DNA of 64,000 bases from a virus (lineage: Duplodnaviria; Caudoviricetes), in IMG/VR virus record IMGVR_UViG_3300025723_000032, positions 3,368-67,367 of that record. One strand, given 5' to 3'. How positions within the stretch are numbered: position 1 is the first letter of the stretch; each line of letters begins with the position of its first letter. Of the stretch, positions 47,665-56,240 are shown in pieces. Under the pieces are notes generated by a model, which was not told the DNA's origin, searched no databases, and was given only the letters and a program-made list of their open reading frames with translations. The translations under genes were made by a program, and so were the position numbers.

Positions 47665-47776
47665 GGGTGCTGAATCTGTGGTCTTTAGGGCATTGGTATC
47701 GTCTTCGCTTGGAATCGTCTTCATTGGTTCTTGTCTCAAGTATTTTGCCTATTTGACCGCAAAGTGGGCATTTCAT
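47552..47776 (-). CDS. Zn-ribbon protein
   Basis: MKCPLC...RRRYQC..DHRFSTRE. Confidence 0.6.
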   Translation of the reverse strand: MKCPLCGQIGKILETRTNEDDSKRRRYQCPKDHRFSTREVISKDTVHTIQDFTKSRGSHELSEVWFPSRSGRTL

Positions 47777-48099
47777 TCGTGTGACCTTATTCCTAATCTT
47801 TCTGATGCTTCCCTGGTGCGCCAAATGTCAATCGACAGTCTAGACGCTTCAAGCTGATACTTTAACTGCTCCTCAATCATCACTGATGCCTTTAATTCGT
47901 CAATTAACGCTAAGTATTCAGGATCGCACAAGGCTTCACGTTCCTGCGCTGCAATTTGGCTGAATTCACCAGCAACATGGCGCATACAGATGGCCTTGGC
48001 ACTTTTTAACTTCAATTCGCAGGCAATGCGGTTGGACTTGGCGTTGGCGTAAGCCGTAGAATTATCGTAAATAAACTGTGCGTGTCGTTCAGGAGTCAT
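47773..48099 (-). CDS. Conserved hypothetical phage protein
   Basis: Homologue of 13099. Confidence 0.7.
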   Translation of the reverse strand: MTPERHAQFIYDNSTAYANAKSNRIACELKLKSAKAICMRHVAGEFSQIAAQEREALCDPEYLALIDELKASVMIEEQLKYQLEASRLSIDIWRTREASERLGIRSHE

Positions 48100-48196
48100 T
48101 AGAGAGTTCCTCTATCACCGCCCATGATGCAATTAAGATCAACAATAGGGCAAATAAACCTAGAAAAAGCATAAGAATAATCAACAAAGTATTCAT
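48089..48196 (-). CDS. Small single-TM protein (35 aa)
   Basis: Homologue of 13415-13522. Confidence 0.6.
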   Translation of the reverse strand: MNTLLIILMLFLGLFALLLILIASWAVIEELSNDS

Positions 48197-48612
48197 TCTG
48201 TTTCCCTAAAAAGCACCTCAACATGGGGATCACCATATTTCTTGGTTACAAACAAATTGACAATCTGGCAATCATTCTCAAATATGACCTTGTCGCAACC
48301 ATCAAGCACCGCTTTAACCACATTGTCGATATCGGGCTTCTTGGTATGCCTTTCAGACCCATTTAAACAGGCTTCCTTGCGTTTTTTAGAGTAGGACAAT
48401 GGTATGGCAAAGGATATGTAAATAAACGCATCTAAGGCCGTTTTAAGCGGTTCTGAAGACCCCATTGATTTCTGTGCTGCTTGTCGAACAGTATCCTCAT
48501 AAGCAACAGTCTTTGCATCGGTATAAGTGCTGACAAAAGCCCCACGCCTGGCAAACCTTGGTCGGCCTTTACCACGGGGTTGGCCATCAACTTTAAATGT
48601 CACATGAAACAT
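48193..48612 (-). CDS. rusA: RusA-like Holliday junction resolvase
   Basis: KKPDIDNVVKAVLDGC...NDCQIV motif. Confidence 0.9.
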   Translation of the reverse strand: MFHVTFKVDGQPRGKGRPRFARRGAFVSTYTDAKTVAYEDTVRQAAQKSMGSSEPLKTALDAFIYISFAIPLSYSKKRKEACLNGSERHTKKPDIDNVVKAVLDGCDKVIFENDCQIVNLFVTKKYGDPHVEVLFRETE

Positions 48613-48760
48613 TGAGTTCCTTTATTCTTTGGGCTACTGCTTTGCCTAAACCTTTGAACATGGGGTGCTTTTCCATTTCCCTGACCTGGTGTCTAACGTA
48701 ATCAATCCATCCAGGCTTAAGTGCTAAGTTTGCATAATGCTCTACAAAATCTACCATCAT
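48593..48760 (-). CDS. Small conserved protein (55 aa)
   Basis: MMVDFVEHYANLALKPGWIDYVRHQV; homologue of 13913-14089. Confidence 0.65.
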   Translation of the reverse strand: MMVDFVEHYANLALKPGWIDYVRHQVREMEKHPMFKGLGKAVAQRIKELNVSCDI

Positions 48761-49160
48761 TCTCTTTCAGACATAGTTATGCCTAGGGTGGTTAGTACCA
48801 CTCTCTCTCCAATTCAATCTCATCTGCTTACGTCTGCTTATATCTTAAAAGTAGAAATCAAATCCAAGCTCGCTTGACGGGTTTATTCACCTTATACAAC
48901 TGGCCTAGTTTCCACCTGAGTTACCAATTGCTTTACCGATACCTAAACCAAGTTCGGTCACGTTTTGCTCTGGGGTGTGTCAGAGTGCGGTGTTTAACTC
49001 CAAGCGGTCCATTCAAACCCTCTGCTATCGTGTGGAGAACGATTCCAGCGAGACAATAAAAAAAGCCACTTAACGATGTAACTTGGTCGTGTCCCCCGTG
49101 GTGGGGGCAAGGTACATCATTAAATGGCCTGATCTATTGCACACGACTGCAATAACCTAA
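48761..49160 (-). ncRNA. ORF-less structured region replacing the replication initiator gene
   Basis: No credible minus-strand ORF found; promoter at 49161-49188; hairpins and T7 terminator at 49058-49156. Confidence 0.5.
49058..49122 (-). terminator. Long hairpin with U-tract (attenuator-like terminator)
   Basis: GGCCATTTAATGATGTA pairs with TACATCGTTAAGTGGCT, followed by a T run. Confidence 0.6.
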
Positions 49161-49188
49161 ATTATACACATTTGTAAACGTCAGTCAA
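49161..49188 (-). promoter_or_regulatory. Sigma70 promoter at the end of the cro-like gene
   Basis: TTGACT-16-TATAAT on the minus strand. Confidence 0.7.
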
Positions 49189-49336
49189 CAAACCATTCAG
49201 GCTTTAAGACTTTTAATTGCCAAATCCTTGCTTGGGGTACTGTTTTCCATTGGCTAATGGCTGATTGATTAATCCCGAGGATACGCCCAAGCTCAACTTG
49301 TGAGCCAGCCAATTTGATAAATTTATTTTTGTCCAT
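49181..49336 (-). CDS. Cro-like HTH regulator (51 aa, not in ORF track)
   Basis: AGSQVELGRILGINQSAISQW..VPQARIWQL. Confidence 0.85.
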   Translation of the reverse strand: MDKNKFIKLAGSQVELGRILGINQSAISQWKTVPQARIWQLKVLKPEWFVD

Positions 49337-49393
49337 GTGTGCATTATAAGCCACATAATAACCTACTGAACTATAAGGTCAATTATTTATTTG

Positions 49394-49470
49394 TTGTGTT
49401 GTTTTATTAGAAGGCTTATACTTCATTCATGCCCTAGCGAATTGCAAAAGGGTCTTTTAAGAAAGAAGCA
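49394..49470 (+). promoter_or_regulatory. Early rightward promoter and leader hairpin
   Basis: TTGTGT-17-TATACT; GCCCT/AGGGT hairpin then CTTTTAAGAAAG. Confidence 0.6.
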
Positions 49471-49474
49471 GAAA

Positions 49475-50041
49475 ATGAAAAAATATCTAACAGTAACAGA
49501 AACAGCCAAGTTAGTTCGTACTGCCTTGAAAGAGGCGTTTCCTGGCATCAAGTTCAGCGTCAAGAGCAGCAGCTACTCTGGCGGTGCAAGCATCAATGTT
49601 ACCTACAAAGATGGTCCTACAGTTGCCCAAGTCAAAAGCATTGTAAGTTGTTTTGAAGGTGCTTACTTTGACGGCATGACCGATTACAAAGGTTACAGAT
49701 ATAACCAAATCAATGGTGAAGAAGTTAGCTTTGGCGCTGATTATATTTTTGTAAGACGCGAGTTGTCGGTTGGTCTATTACAGCTGGCCGTTGACAAAGT
49801 ATTTCAAGAATATGGTTTGACTAACACTTACAAAATTGTTGATGGCTACGGCGGTGCTTATGTCCAGATAGACAACAACCAACAAGTTGGCAATGGTTAT
49901 TATTACATTGACCAAAAAATAAATCTCACTACAGAAGAAATCAGCTATTGCGCCACAGTAGAAAGCATCACGGCCAACAAGGTTGTGTCGCTGGGTGACG
50001 ATGGTTATGGTTATGGCGCGGTTGGTAGATTGGCAGCATAA
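49475..50041 (+). CDS. LPD29-like (large polyvalent protein-associated domain) protein
   Basis: ETAKLVRTALKEAFPGIKFSVKS...SINVTYKDGP...FEGAYFDGMTD pattern; first early gene. Confidence 0.65.
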   Translation: MKKYLTVTETAKLVRTALKEAFPGIKFSVKSSSYSGGASINVTYKDGPTVAQVKSIVSCFEGAYFDGMTDYKGYRYNQINGEEVSFGADYIFVRRELSVGLLQLAVDKVFQEYGLTNTYKIVDGYGGAYVQIDNNQQVGNGYYYIDQKINLTTEEISYCATVESITANKVVSLGDDGYGYGAVGRLAA

Positions 50042-50052
50042 GGAGAAACAAA

Positions 50053-50271
50053 ATGAAATTTACTAAAGCAAAAGACATTTGGGCAATGACCAAAGAACAA
50101 ATGGAAAAACTACCAAGAGGACAATGGGTTTACGCTGGTGAAAAAACAGCATTGGGTAGATTTTATGGAATTCGGTCAACTGGCGTTGTTGTTGTTGCCT
50201 GGAAGAACAATGCAAAAAACAATGACTATTTTCAGTATTGCAAAACTTTAAACAATTACGCAAGGGGTTAA
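50053..50271 (+). CDS. Hypothetical protein (unit B only)
   Basis: RBS AGGAG; 72 aa. Confidence 0.6.
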   Translation: MKFTKAKDIWAMTKEQMEKLPRGQWVYAGEKTALGRFYGIRSTGVVVVAWKNNAKNNDYFQYCKTLNNYARG

Positions 50272-50273
50272 AA

Positions 50274-50516
50274 ATGAATACAGAATTAAGAATGTACGGA
50301 ATAAACAATATTGATCAATACATTGAAAATGTAAAACAATCAATGACTTATCGTTTTAGCGGTGGAAATATGATTGTTGCTGGTCTCATGTCTGACGCAC
50401 AAGAACAAATGGCTATGGATGATGTTGAAGGCGCTAGAAAAACTTTAAACCTTGCCAAAAATATTCTCTTTCAAATAATGGAAGGTCAATTGGTTGGTAA
50501 CGTAAAAAATGATTAA
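50274..50516 (+). CDS. Hypothetical protein (unit B only)
   Basis: Start MNTELRMYG after AAGGGG. Confidence 0.6.
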   Translation: MNTELRMYGINNIDQYIENVKQSMTYRFSGGNMIVAGLMSDAQEQMAMDDVEGARKTLNLAKNILFQIMEGQLVGNVKND

Positions 50517-50712
50517 AGAACAAGCCAACCTAATTCTTGACCAGGTCAAGGTTGGCGTTCCTTACCCTATACACATTATTAATCAAGCATTAACATTAAC
50601 AGGTGATATCAATGGAAAAATACTACAGAACAACGAACGAAGCATTCCACAATACTATGGAGTATGGGGCTTGCATCGAGAAGCCAACCCCCAAGATGTT
50701 TACAAAGGTTGA
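50509..50712 (+). CDS. Hypothetical protein
   Basis: Homologue of 16482. Confidence 0.55.
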   Translation: MIKEQANLILDQVKVGVPYPIHIINQALTLTGDINGKILQNNERSIPQYYGVWGLHREANPQDVYKG

Positions 50713-50776
50713 AATATGCGTGTACTTAATCGCAGCGATCGTTATTTTATTAGATATGTTTATTTGGAGACCCTAA
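50612..50776 (+). CDS. Small C-terminal TM protein (54 aa)
   Basis: Homologue of 16585-16749. Confidence 0.65.
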   Translation: MEKYYRTTNEAFHNTMEYGACIEKPTPKMFTKVEICVYLIAAIVILLDMFIWRP

Positions 50777-50964
50777 TGGATGCCTCCAAAATTATTAGAC
50801 AATCTGAAGAAGCCACTCAAGCCTACATCAATGACCCAGTCAACAAGCTGAACTTTCAGCTGGGTTACTTAAAAAGCCAAATTGAGGATTTGTGTGAAAT
50901 GATCCAAATCCAACGTGACGAAATCCAAAGGTTAGAAACAGAATTACAAGGTGAACCAGAATGA
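50776..50964 (+). CDS. Hypothetical coiled-coil protein
   Basis: TAATG coupling; start MDASKII. Confidence 0.55.
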   Translation: MDASKIIRQSEEATQAYINDPVNKLNFQLGYLKSQIEDLCEMIQIQRDEIQRLETELQGEPE

Positions 50965-51530
50965 AACAAATCGCAACTGCTCTAGTCAAAGCTCAAAAGG
51001 CGTTTAATCCCGCTTTAAAGCAGTCTATTAACCCTCATTTCAAAAGCCGATACGTTGACCTTGCTGGGTGCGTTGAAGCGGTTATAGACGCTTTAAACAA
51101 CAACGGCATCTATTTACTTCAAAAGACATTTGAATGTGCTGATGGCGTGATTGTGGAGACCATCTTTGTCCATGAATCTGGCGAGATGCTTGAGTGCGGA
51201 ATGCTTCACTTTCCTGCGGTCAAGGCCGATCCACAAGGTTATGCGTCAGCTCTTACATACGCTAGGCGCTACAGTCTGATGGCTGCTTGCGGAATAGCGC
51301 CAGAAGATGATGACGGCAACCAAGCCAGTCGCAAGGTCGAAACTAAGATTGTCAGCCAAGTCAACGTCAAAGAATTGGACAAATTGATTGAAAAGATGCG
51401 CCAGGCTGAAAACCAAGAACAATTGGTTGCTAGTTACAGGATTGCATTTCAGGCTTGCCAGAGTGACAAAACCCATCAAGACCGCGTGATTGCGATCAAA
51501 AACGAGATGAAAGAAAGGGTAGCAGCATGA
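50961..51530 (+). CDS. erf: ERF-family single-strand annealing protein
   Basis: Homologue of 16942. Confidence 0.9.
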   Translation: MKQIATALVKAQKAFNPALKQSINPHFKSRYVDLAGCVEAVIDALNNNGIYLLQKTFECADGVIVETIFVHESGEMLECGMLHFPAVKADPQGYASALTYARRYSLMAACGIAPEDDDGNQASRKVETKIVSQVNVKELDKLIEKMRQAENQEQLVASYRIAFQACQSDKTHQDRVIAIKNEMKERVAA

Positions 51531-51670
51531 CAGACTACGAATCAGAAAGAGATTACTGGCGCGAACAAGATGCAATCGAAAACGCGTATAGAAACGAATT
51601 GCTAAAGCACCCGCATTGTTTAGACCCTGATCACCCTGGTTGTTCAAAGTGCGAGGAATCCGATGATTGA
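51527..51670 (+). CDS. Small Cys/His protein (47 aa)
   Basis: Homologue of 17508-17657. Confidence 0.65.
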   Translation: MTDYESERDYWREQDAIENAYRNELLKHPHCLDPDHPGCSKCEESDD

Positions 51671-51992
51671 TGAACGAATCCAAATGATGTTGTACAACGA
51701 AGACCAGTTTAGTGATGAATTCTTTGGCTGGTTTCCGAACAACGAACACATTTACGATGCTTTTCAACATGAAACCATGAAAATCATTCGTAAAGGCTAT
51801 AAACACTATTCAGGGCGCACGATCTTAGAGGTGTTGCGTCACCACTCAGCACTCAGCGAAGATGGAATTTGGAAGTTAAACAACAACCATACTCCTTACC
51901 TTTGCCGATTGTTTGCCCTGATGAATCCTAAATATGCGGATATTTTTGAGTACAGAACAGTTAAAAAACCCAAATTAAGATTGGAAAAATAA
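51663..51992 (+). CDS. Conserved hypothetical phage protein
   Basis: Homologue of 17650. Confidence 0.7.
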   Translation: MIDERIQMMLYNEDQFSDEFFGWFPNNEHIYDAFQHETMKIIRKGYKHYSGRTILEVLRHHSALSEDGIWKLNNNHTPYLCRLFALMNPKYADIFEYRTVKKPKLRLEK

Positions 51993-52600
51993 TGGAACAA
52001 AGAACAGACGAATGGTTTGAGTCCCGCCTTGGTAAAGCCACGGCCAGCAGAATTGCGGACATTATTGCCAAGACCAAGACAGGACCAAGTGCGAGCCGTG
52101 ATAATTACGCGGTCCAGCTGGTGCTAGAAAGAATTACTCAGAGTAAGGGCGAGTCTTATACCAATGCTGCAATGCAATGGGGCACAGATACAGAGCCAAT
52201 GGCTAGGCAACAATACGAGCTTAAACGCGGTGTTTTTGTGGATGAGGTAGGGTTCATTGATCACCCCACAATTGCGATGTCTGGGGCTTCTCCAGACGGC
52301 TTGGTAGGGGCTGATGGACTGGTGGAGATTAAATGCCCAAATAGCGCAACCCACATGGAAACGCTAGTCAGCAGAAAAATACCACAGAAATACATACCCC
52401 AAATGATGTGGCAAATGTGTTGTACTGGTAGGAATTGGTGTGATTTTGTGAGTTTTGACCCAAGATTTCCAGAAAACCTACAGATTTTTGTTGAGCGAGT
52501 TGAGTATGACCCTACTTACGCGCGAATGTTGGAGTTGGAAGTCACACAGTTTTTAGATGAAGTAGAAAAGAAAGTTGAAATTTTAAGGAAACTAAAATGA
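51992..52600 (+). CDS. YqaJ-like exonuclease
   Basis: GASPDG and VEIKCP motifs. Confidence 0.9.
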   Translation: MEQRTDEWFESRLGKATASRIADIIAKTKTGPSASRDNYAVQLVLERITQSKGESYTNAAMQWGTDTEPMARQQYELKRGVFVDEVGFIDHPTIAMSGASPDGLVGADGLVEIKCPNSATHMETLVSRKIPQKYIPQMMWQMCCTGRNWCDFVSFDPRFPENLQIFVERVEYDPTYARMLELEVTQFLDEVEKKVEILRKLK

Positions 52601-52851
52601 GCAAAGTATTAAAAGAAATCAAAGTTATCACAGGCACTTACACCAATAAAGAGGGTCAGCAAAAGAACCGCTATTCCCGCATTGGATCGGTAATTGATAC
52701 TAAAAGCGGTCCAATGATCAAGATTGACAATATTCCGCTAAAAGAAGGCGGTTGGGATGGCTGGGCTTACATGAATGATCCAATTGACCAGGCTGCAGCG
52801 CCAATGAAGCCATCAAGAGGTCAATTTGAAGACGATTCAATCCCTTTTTAA
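52597..52851 (+). CDS. SSB-like protein
   Basis: Acidic EDDSIPF tail; homologue of 19124. Confidence 0.55.
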   Translation: MSKVLKEIKVITGTYTNKEGQQKNRYSRIGSVIDTKSGPMIKIDNIPLKEGGWDGWAYMNDPIDQAAAPMKPSRGQFEDDSIPF

Positions 52852-52852
52852 C

Positions 52853-53086
52853 ATGGAAAAAACACCAGAAGACGAGGAATTTGAGCGTATGCTTGCAAAG
52901 ATAGATTTACAACATACGCCATCTAAAGACAGCCAATTGGTTTCATTGCGCCGATGGGAAATTGACGAAATGATCCGATTGGCGGTTTTGGCAGAACGTG
53001 AAGAATGTGCCAAGATTTGTGATGAATGGGAGTATGCGCTTGGTGAGCGTTTAGCTAGAAAAATCCGAGCAAAAGGAAAAGAATGA
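52853..53086 (+). CDS. Hypothetical nin-type protein
   Basis: Homologue of 19390. Confidence 0.6.
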   Translation: MEKTPEDEEFERMLAKIDLQHTPSKDSQLVSLRRWEIDEMIRLAVLAEREECAKICDEWEYALGERLARKIRAKGKE

Positions 53087-53283
53087 CTAAAGAAGAAATC
53101 ATAGAAATTGCCAATAAGGTCAAGTTACCGCACGATTATGTCAATGGCGAGCCAATGTGGTTAGATAAACTAGAAGAATTTGCTAAGTTGGTAACAGAAA
53201 AAGAGCGTGAGGCGTGTGCAGAGTTGATACCTCCACAATATTTTCATTTTCGTGATTGGATACGAGCAAGGGCAAAAGAATGA
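53083..53283 (+). CDS. Hypothetical nin-type protein
   Basis: EKEREACAE motif. Confidence 0.55.
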   Translation: MTKEEIIEIANKVKLPHDYVNGEPMWLDKLEEFAKLVTEKEREACAELIPPQYFHFRDWIRARAKE

Positions 53284-53849
53284 AAACCAAATATCCATCT
53301 TATTGTTGCCAAAAATGTGGTGAATTGATTGGCTGGATTAGTCGGGTTCTGCCGTTTCATAAATGCAAGGAGAAAAACATGAATTCATTACCAAGATATA
53401 ACGAAAAAGGTCAACTAGACACTAGGTTAAAAGTAGACCCATTAACTGGTGATGTAGGAATAGGAACACCAAAAGAAAAAAAATACATGACTAAAGACGA
53501 AGCATTACAACAAGCACTAGATGCGCTGACTGATTTTGATTACAACAAACGCATGAGTGCTATTGAATCCATCAAAGAAGCATTAGAAACAAAAGAAGAG
53601 CCTGTGTCGTGGGTTGACTTGCTAAAAGATGCTGAACGGATTGCTTTTAATACTGGAAAGGTTGAGTATGTTGCACCACAACGCACATGGGTAGGACTGA
53701 CAGATGAAGACATGAATCATGCTTTAAATTATTGGTCTGATGATTCTCGAAGTGCTTATGGTGGTGCTCATAGTGCAAACGGTGAATATGTAGACATGAT
53801 TGAAACATGGCGTTACATAGAAACCAAGCTAAAAGAAAAAAACACTTGA
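53280..53849 (+). CDS. Mosaic/fusion hypothetical protein
   Basis: Joins segments matching three separate unit-A ORFs (19611, 19711, 19962). Confidence 0.55.
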   Translation: MKTKYPSYCCQKCGELIGWISRVLPFHKCKEKNMNSLPRYNEKGQLDTRLKVDPLTGDVGIGTPKEKKYMTKDEALQQALDALTDFDYNKRMSAIESIKEALETKEEPVSWVDLLKDAERIAFNTGKVEYVAPQRTWVGLTDEDMNHALNYWSDDSRSAYGGAHSANGEYVDMIETWRYIETKLKEKNT

Positions 53850-53871
53850 CAAACCCAATTTGTGATATAGT
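53846..53871 (+). promoter_or_regulatory. Probable late/middle promoter
   Basis: Same TTGACA...TGaTATAGT as 20264. Confidence 0.5.
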
Positions 53872-53921
53872 TTAAGCACTACAAAGTGTAGTGTTTTTTG
53901 CAAAGAAACAAAGGATTTATC

Positions 53922-54260
53922 ATGGGATACCCCAAAATGGAAAAGTTGCCTATGGGCGCAAAAGCATCTGATCGCACAGGCGAGAAGAAGGTTAGCGTAC
54001 CCAAGGAAGACAGAGAAATGTTTGTGCCAGGCGCATCAGGCGAGAAAATCCCTAAAGGCGCATTATCCAGCGACACATCAGGCGAGCGTAAGCGCCCCAT
54101 CGAGGGCGGCGTTGGTATGGGTAAGATGGATGGAATTGGCGAGCGTGACGGCAGCCACATGGGTCACCATGACGGCCGTTTGGGTGAGATTAAGGGCCAC
54201 ATGGGTGAGAAGAACGTTTATGAACACAAGCGCGTTCCTCACGTTCAAGACACGATGTAA
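53922..54260 (+). CDS. Conserved Gly/Lys/Met-rich hypothetical protein
   Basis: Homologue of 20340. Confidence 0.7.
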   Translation: MGYPKMEKLPMGAKASDRTGEKKVSVPKEDREMFVPGASGEKIPKGALSSDTSGERKRPIEGGVGMGKMDGIGERDGSHMGHHDGRLGEIKGHMGEKNVYEHKRVPHVQDTM

Positions 54261-54263
54261 AGC

Positions 54264-54300
54264 GAAACCCCCCAAAGTCTAGAACACATTGGGGGATTTC
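54264..54300 (+). ncRNA. Conserved intergenic stem-loop
   Basis: Loop identical to 20682-20718, stem varies. Confidence 0.45.
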
Positions 54301-54329
54301 TAATCACAACAACTAAGAGGGTAGTTGAA

Positions 54330-54575
54330 ATGACTGTAGACAATTGTAAGGTATGCAAGTTTTATTTGGGGCATGACATCGGAACTTGCCGCAGATATCC
54401 TGACTACAAGACCCGCTCACAAAATGAGTGGTGTGGTGAATTTGCGAAGAAACTCTCGGAGGGTGAAGCAGTTGCCGAGACTTTGCCCAAGACTGACCTC
54501 TTGGGCGTTTTTTCTGCTATGGGCATGAATGAGCCTGTAATGTCAACTCCAAAGCGCGGGAGACCACGGAAATGA
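54330..54575 (+). CDS. Small Cys-rich protein
   Basis: Homologue of 20748. Confidence 0.65.
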   Translation: MTVDNCKVCKFYLGHDIGTCRRYPDYKTRSQNEWCGEFAKKLSEGEAVAETLPKTDLLGVFSAMGMNEPVMSTPKRGRPRK

Positions 54576-54853
54576 TCAAGCCATTGCGTGACAAGTTATT
54601 TGTAAAGCCAATCCAACGCCTACAAAGCGAATTGTGGTTACAGACCGCAGAAGCGCCCACAGTAGGCCACATCACCGCCTTGGGTGATGAAGCTGCCGAA
54701 CAGGGCTTAAGCGTTGGGGACAAGATTTACTTTGGCACATTGGCCAAAGATTACAAAGACGAATATCTTAAATACCAAGAGTTGAAGGATCAAGACGATC
54801 AATTGATTGTGATGTCTTGGAAAGATGTTTGTTTTGTGGAGGAAGTCGAATGA
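54572..54853 (+). CDS. groES: GroES-like co-chaperonin
   Basis: Homologue of 20965. Confidence 0.7.
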   Translation: MIKPLRDKLFVKPIQRLQSELWLQTAEAPTVGHITALGDEAAEQGLSVGDKIYFGTLAKDYKDEYLKYQELKDQDDQLIVMSWKDVCFVEEVE

Positions 54854-55122
54854 AAAAGCACGACAAACCCATTGAACATAAGACCAATGGCAAGGGCAAA
54901 ACTTACAACCCGACAGAAAAGGGTGCGGGAATGACTGCCAAAGGTAGGGCTGAGTACAATGCTAAGAACGGATCAAATCTTAAACCTCCAGCGCCTAATC
55001 CGAAAACAGAAAAGGACAAAGGTCGAAAGGCTAGTTTTTGTGCCCGTATGGAAGGGGTTGTTAAAAACGCTAAAGGCCCAGCAGAAAGGGCTAAAGCATC
55101 ATTAAAGAACTGGAATTGCTAA
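54850..55122 (+). CDS. Small basic phage protein (DUF6321-like)
   Basis: Homologue of 21392. Confidence 0.65.
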   Translation: MKKHDKPIEHKTNGKGKTYNPTEKGAGMTAKGRAEYNAKNGSNLKPPAPNPKTEKDKGRKASFCARMEGVVKNAKGPAERAKASLKNWNC

Positions 55123-55265
55123 TGCCACTCATTAAATCCACTAAAAAAGAAGCATTTAAAAAGAATATTGCAACAGAGGTCAAGGCTGGCAAACCAGTCA
55201 AGCAGGCCGTGGCCATTGCATACTCTGAGAAACGTGAAGCAGCCAAAGCCAAAAAGAAAAAATGA
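55122..55265 (+). CDS. Small basic protein (47 aa)
   Basis: Homologue of 21665-21811. Confidence 0.7.
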   Translation: MPLIKSTKKEAFKKNIATEVKAGKPVKQAVAIAYSEKREAAKAKKKK

Positions 55266-56149
55266 TCCATCCGTTAAAAAGTTTGGTTACGATGGGGGCA
55301 GTTGGTATGCCAGGTGCAGACCAGCCCGCTCAAGATGGAAACAATCCATTCATTAAAAACCAAGCTCAAGCAGCACTTTTTGCCAGGTTATCCCAAGAAT
55401 TCCCAAACTTAATCAAAGAATATTCAAGCCTACCCGATACTGAAGGTGGGAAAATATTAAATACTGATATTGCTAGGGAATTAAGCCCAGAATACCGAGA
55501 AGACAGGACTAGGGCTGCTGAAGTACACGAACCCGCCAGTACATTTACCAAAAGCCTTTATTCGCACAAGTTGGCGCAACCAACACCAGAAGGACAAGAT
55601 TCAAGGGTTTTGTTTACAGCTGGAGGAGCTGGTGCTGGTAAATCAACTGCCCTAGAAAACGTAAAAGCATTAAACAGTAAAGCCAAAAAATCAGAAATTA
55701 TTTATGATACAAACATGGACAAACTGGATAGCGCAGAACAAAAGATAAAACAAGCGCTAGATGCTAAACGCAAGGCCATGATCATGTACACCTACAGAGA
55801 ACCCGTAGAAGCATTGGTTAATGGCGCACTTAAGCGAGCTAATAGCATGGAAAAGAAGTATGGATCAGGCCGAACAGTCCCATTATCAACACATTTGAAA
55901 ACACATTTAGGGGCTAGAGAAACGATCCAAGCATTGCACGAAAAGTACAAAGACCATCCAGACGTAGAAATAAGAGCAATTGACAATTCACGCGGATTGG
56001 GAAAAGCCAGACAGATAGCGATTGAAAAACTGCCAAAATTAAACCCTGAACAATTAAGGAGAGAATTACATGATGCCCTCGAACAAGAATACGCCGATGG
56101 AAAAATATCCCACGCCATCTACAAATCAACCAAAGACTACTCCATCTGA
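55262..56149 (+). CDS. Zeta-toxin-like P-loop kinase (unit B only; start uncertain)
   Basis: [12 protein letters not shown] Walker A, IIYDTN strand, ILNTDIARE and R...GRTVP segments typical of the zeta/AAA_33 kinase fold. Confidence 0.7.
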   Translation: MIHPLKSLVTMGAVGMPGADQPAQDGNNPFIKNQAQAALFARLSQEFPNLIKEYSSLPDTEGGKILNTDIARELSPEYREDRTRAAEVHEPASTFTKSLYSHKLAQPTPEGQDSRVLFTAGGAGAGKSTALENVKALNSKAKKSEIIYDTNMDKLDSAEQKIKQALDAKRKAMIMYTYREPVEALVNGALKRANSMEKKYGSGRTVPLSTHLKTHLGARETIQALHEKYKDHPDVEIRAIDNSRGLGKARQIAIEKLPKLNPEQLRRELHDALEQEYADGKISHAIYKSTKDYSI

Positions 56150-56240
56150 ACACAAAGCCAAACGGCTGCAGCAAAAAGAAGCCGACAACGTAATGAATGA
56201 GTTAATTAACGCACTAAATACAGGAGCAAAATCAAAATGA
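56070..56240 (+). CDS. Possible small protein overlapping the zeta-like gene end (56 aa)
   Basis: AAGGAG RBS upstream, ATGA overlap with terS; no homologue in A. Confidence 0.35.
   Translation: MMPSNKNTPMEKYPTPSTNQPKTTPSEHKAKRLQQKEADNVMNELINALNTGAKSK

Noticed and set aside
48874-49059. 61-aa plus-strand ORF in the ORF-less region
   Set aside because: Opposes the operon direction, has no evident RBS and no counterpart in A; composition is not protein-like.
48761-49060. Hammerhead, HDV-like ribozyme or group I intron in the initiator-replacing region
   Set aside because: No CUGANGA/GAAA core and no P7 GACUA/UAGUC pair was found by eye; a covariance search is still needed.
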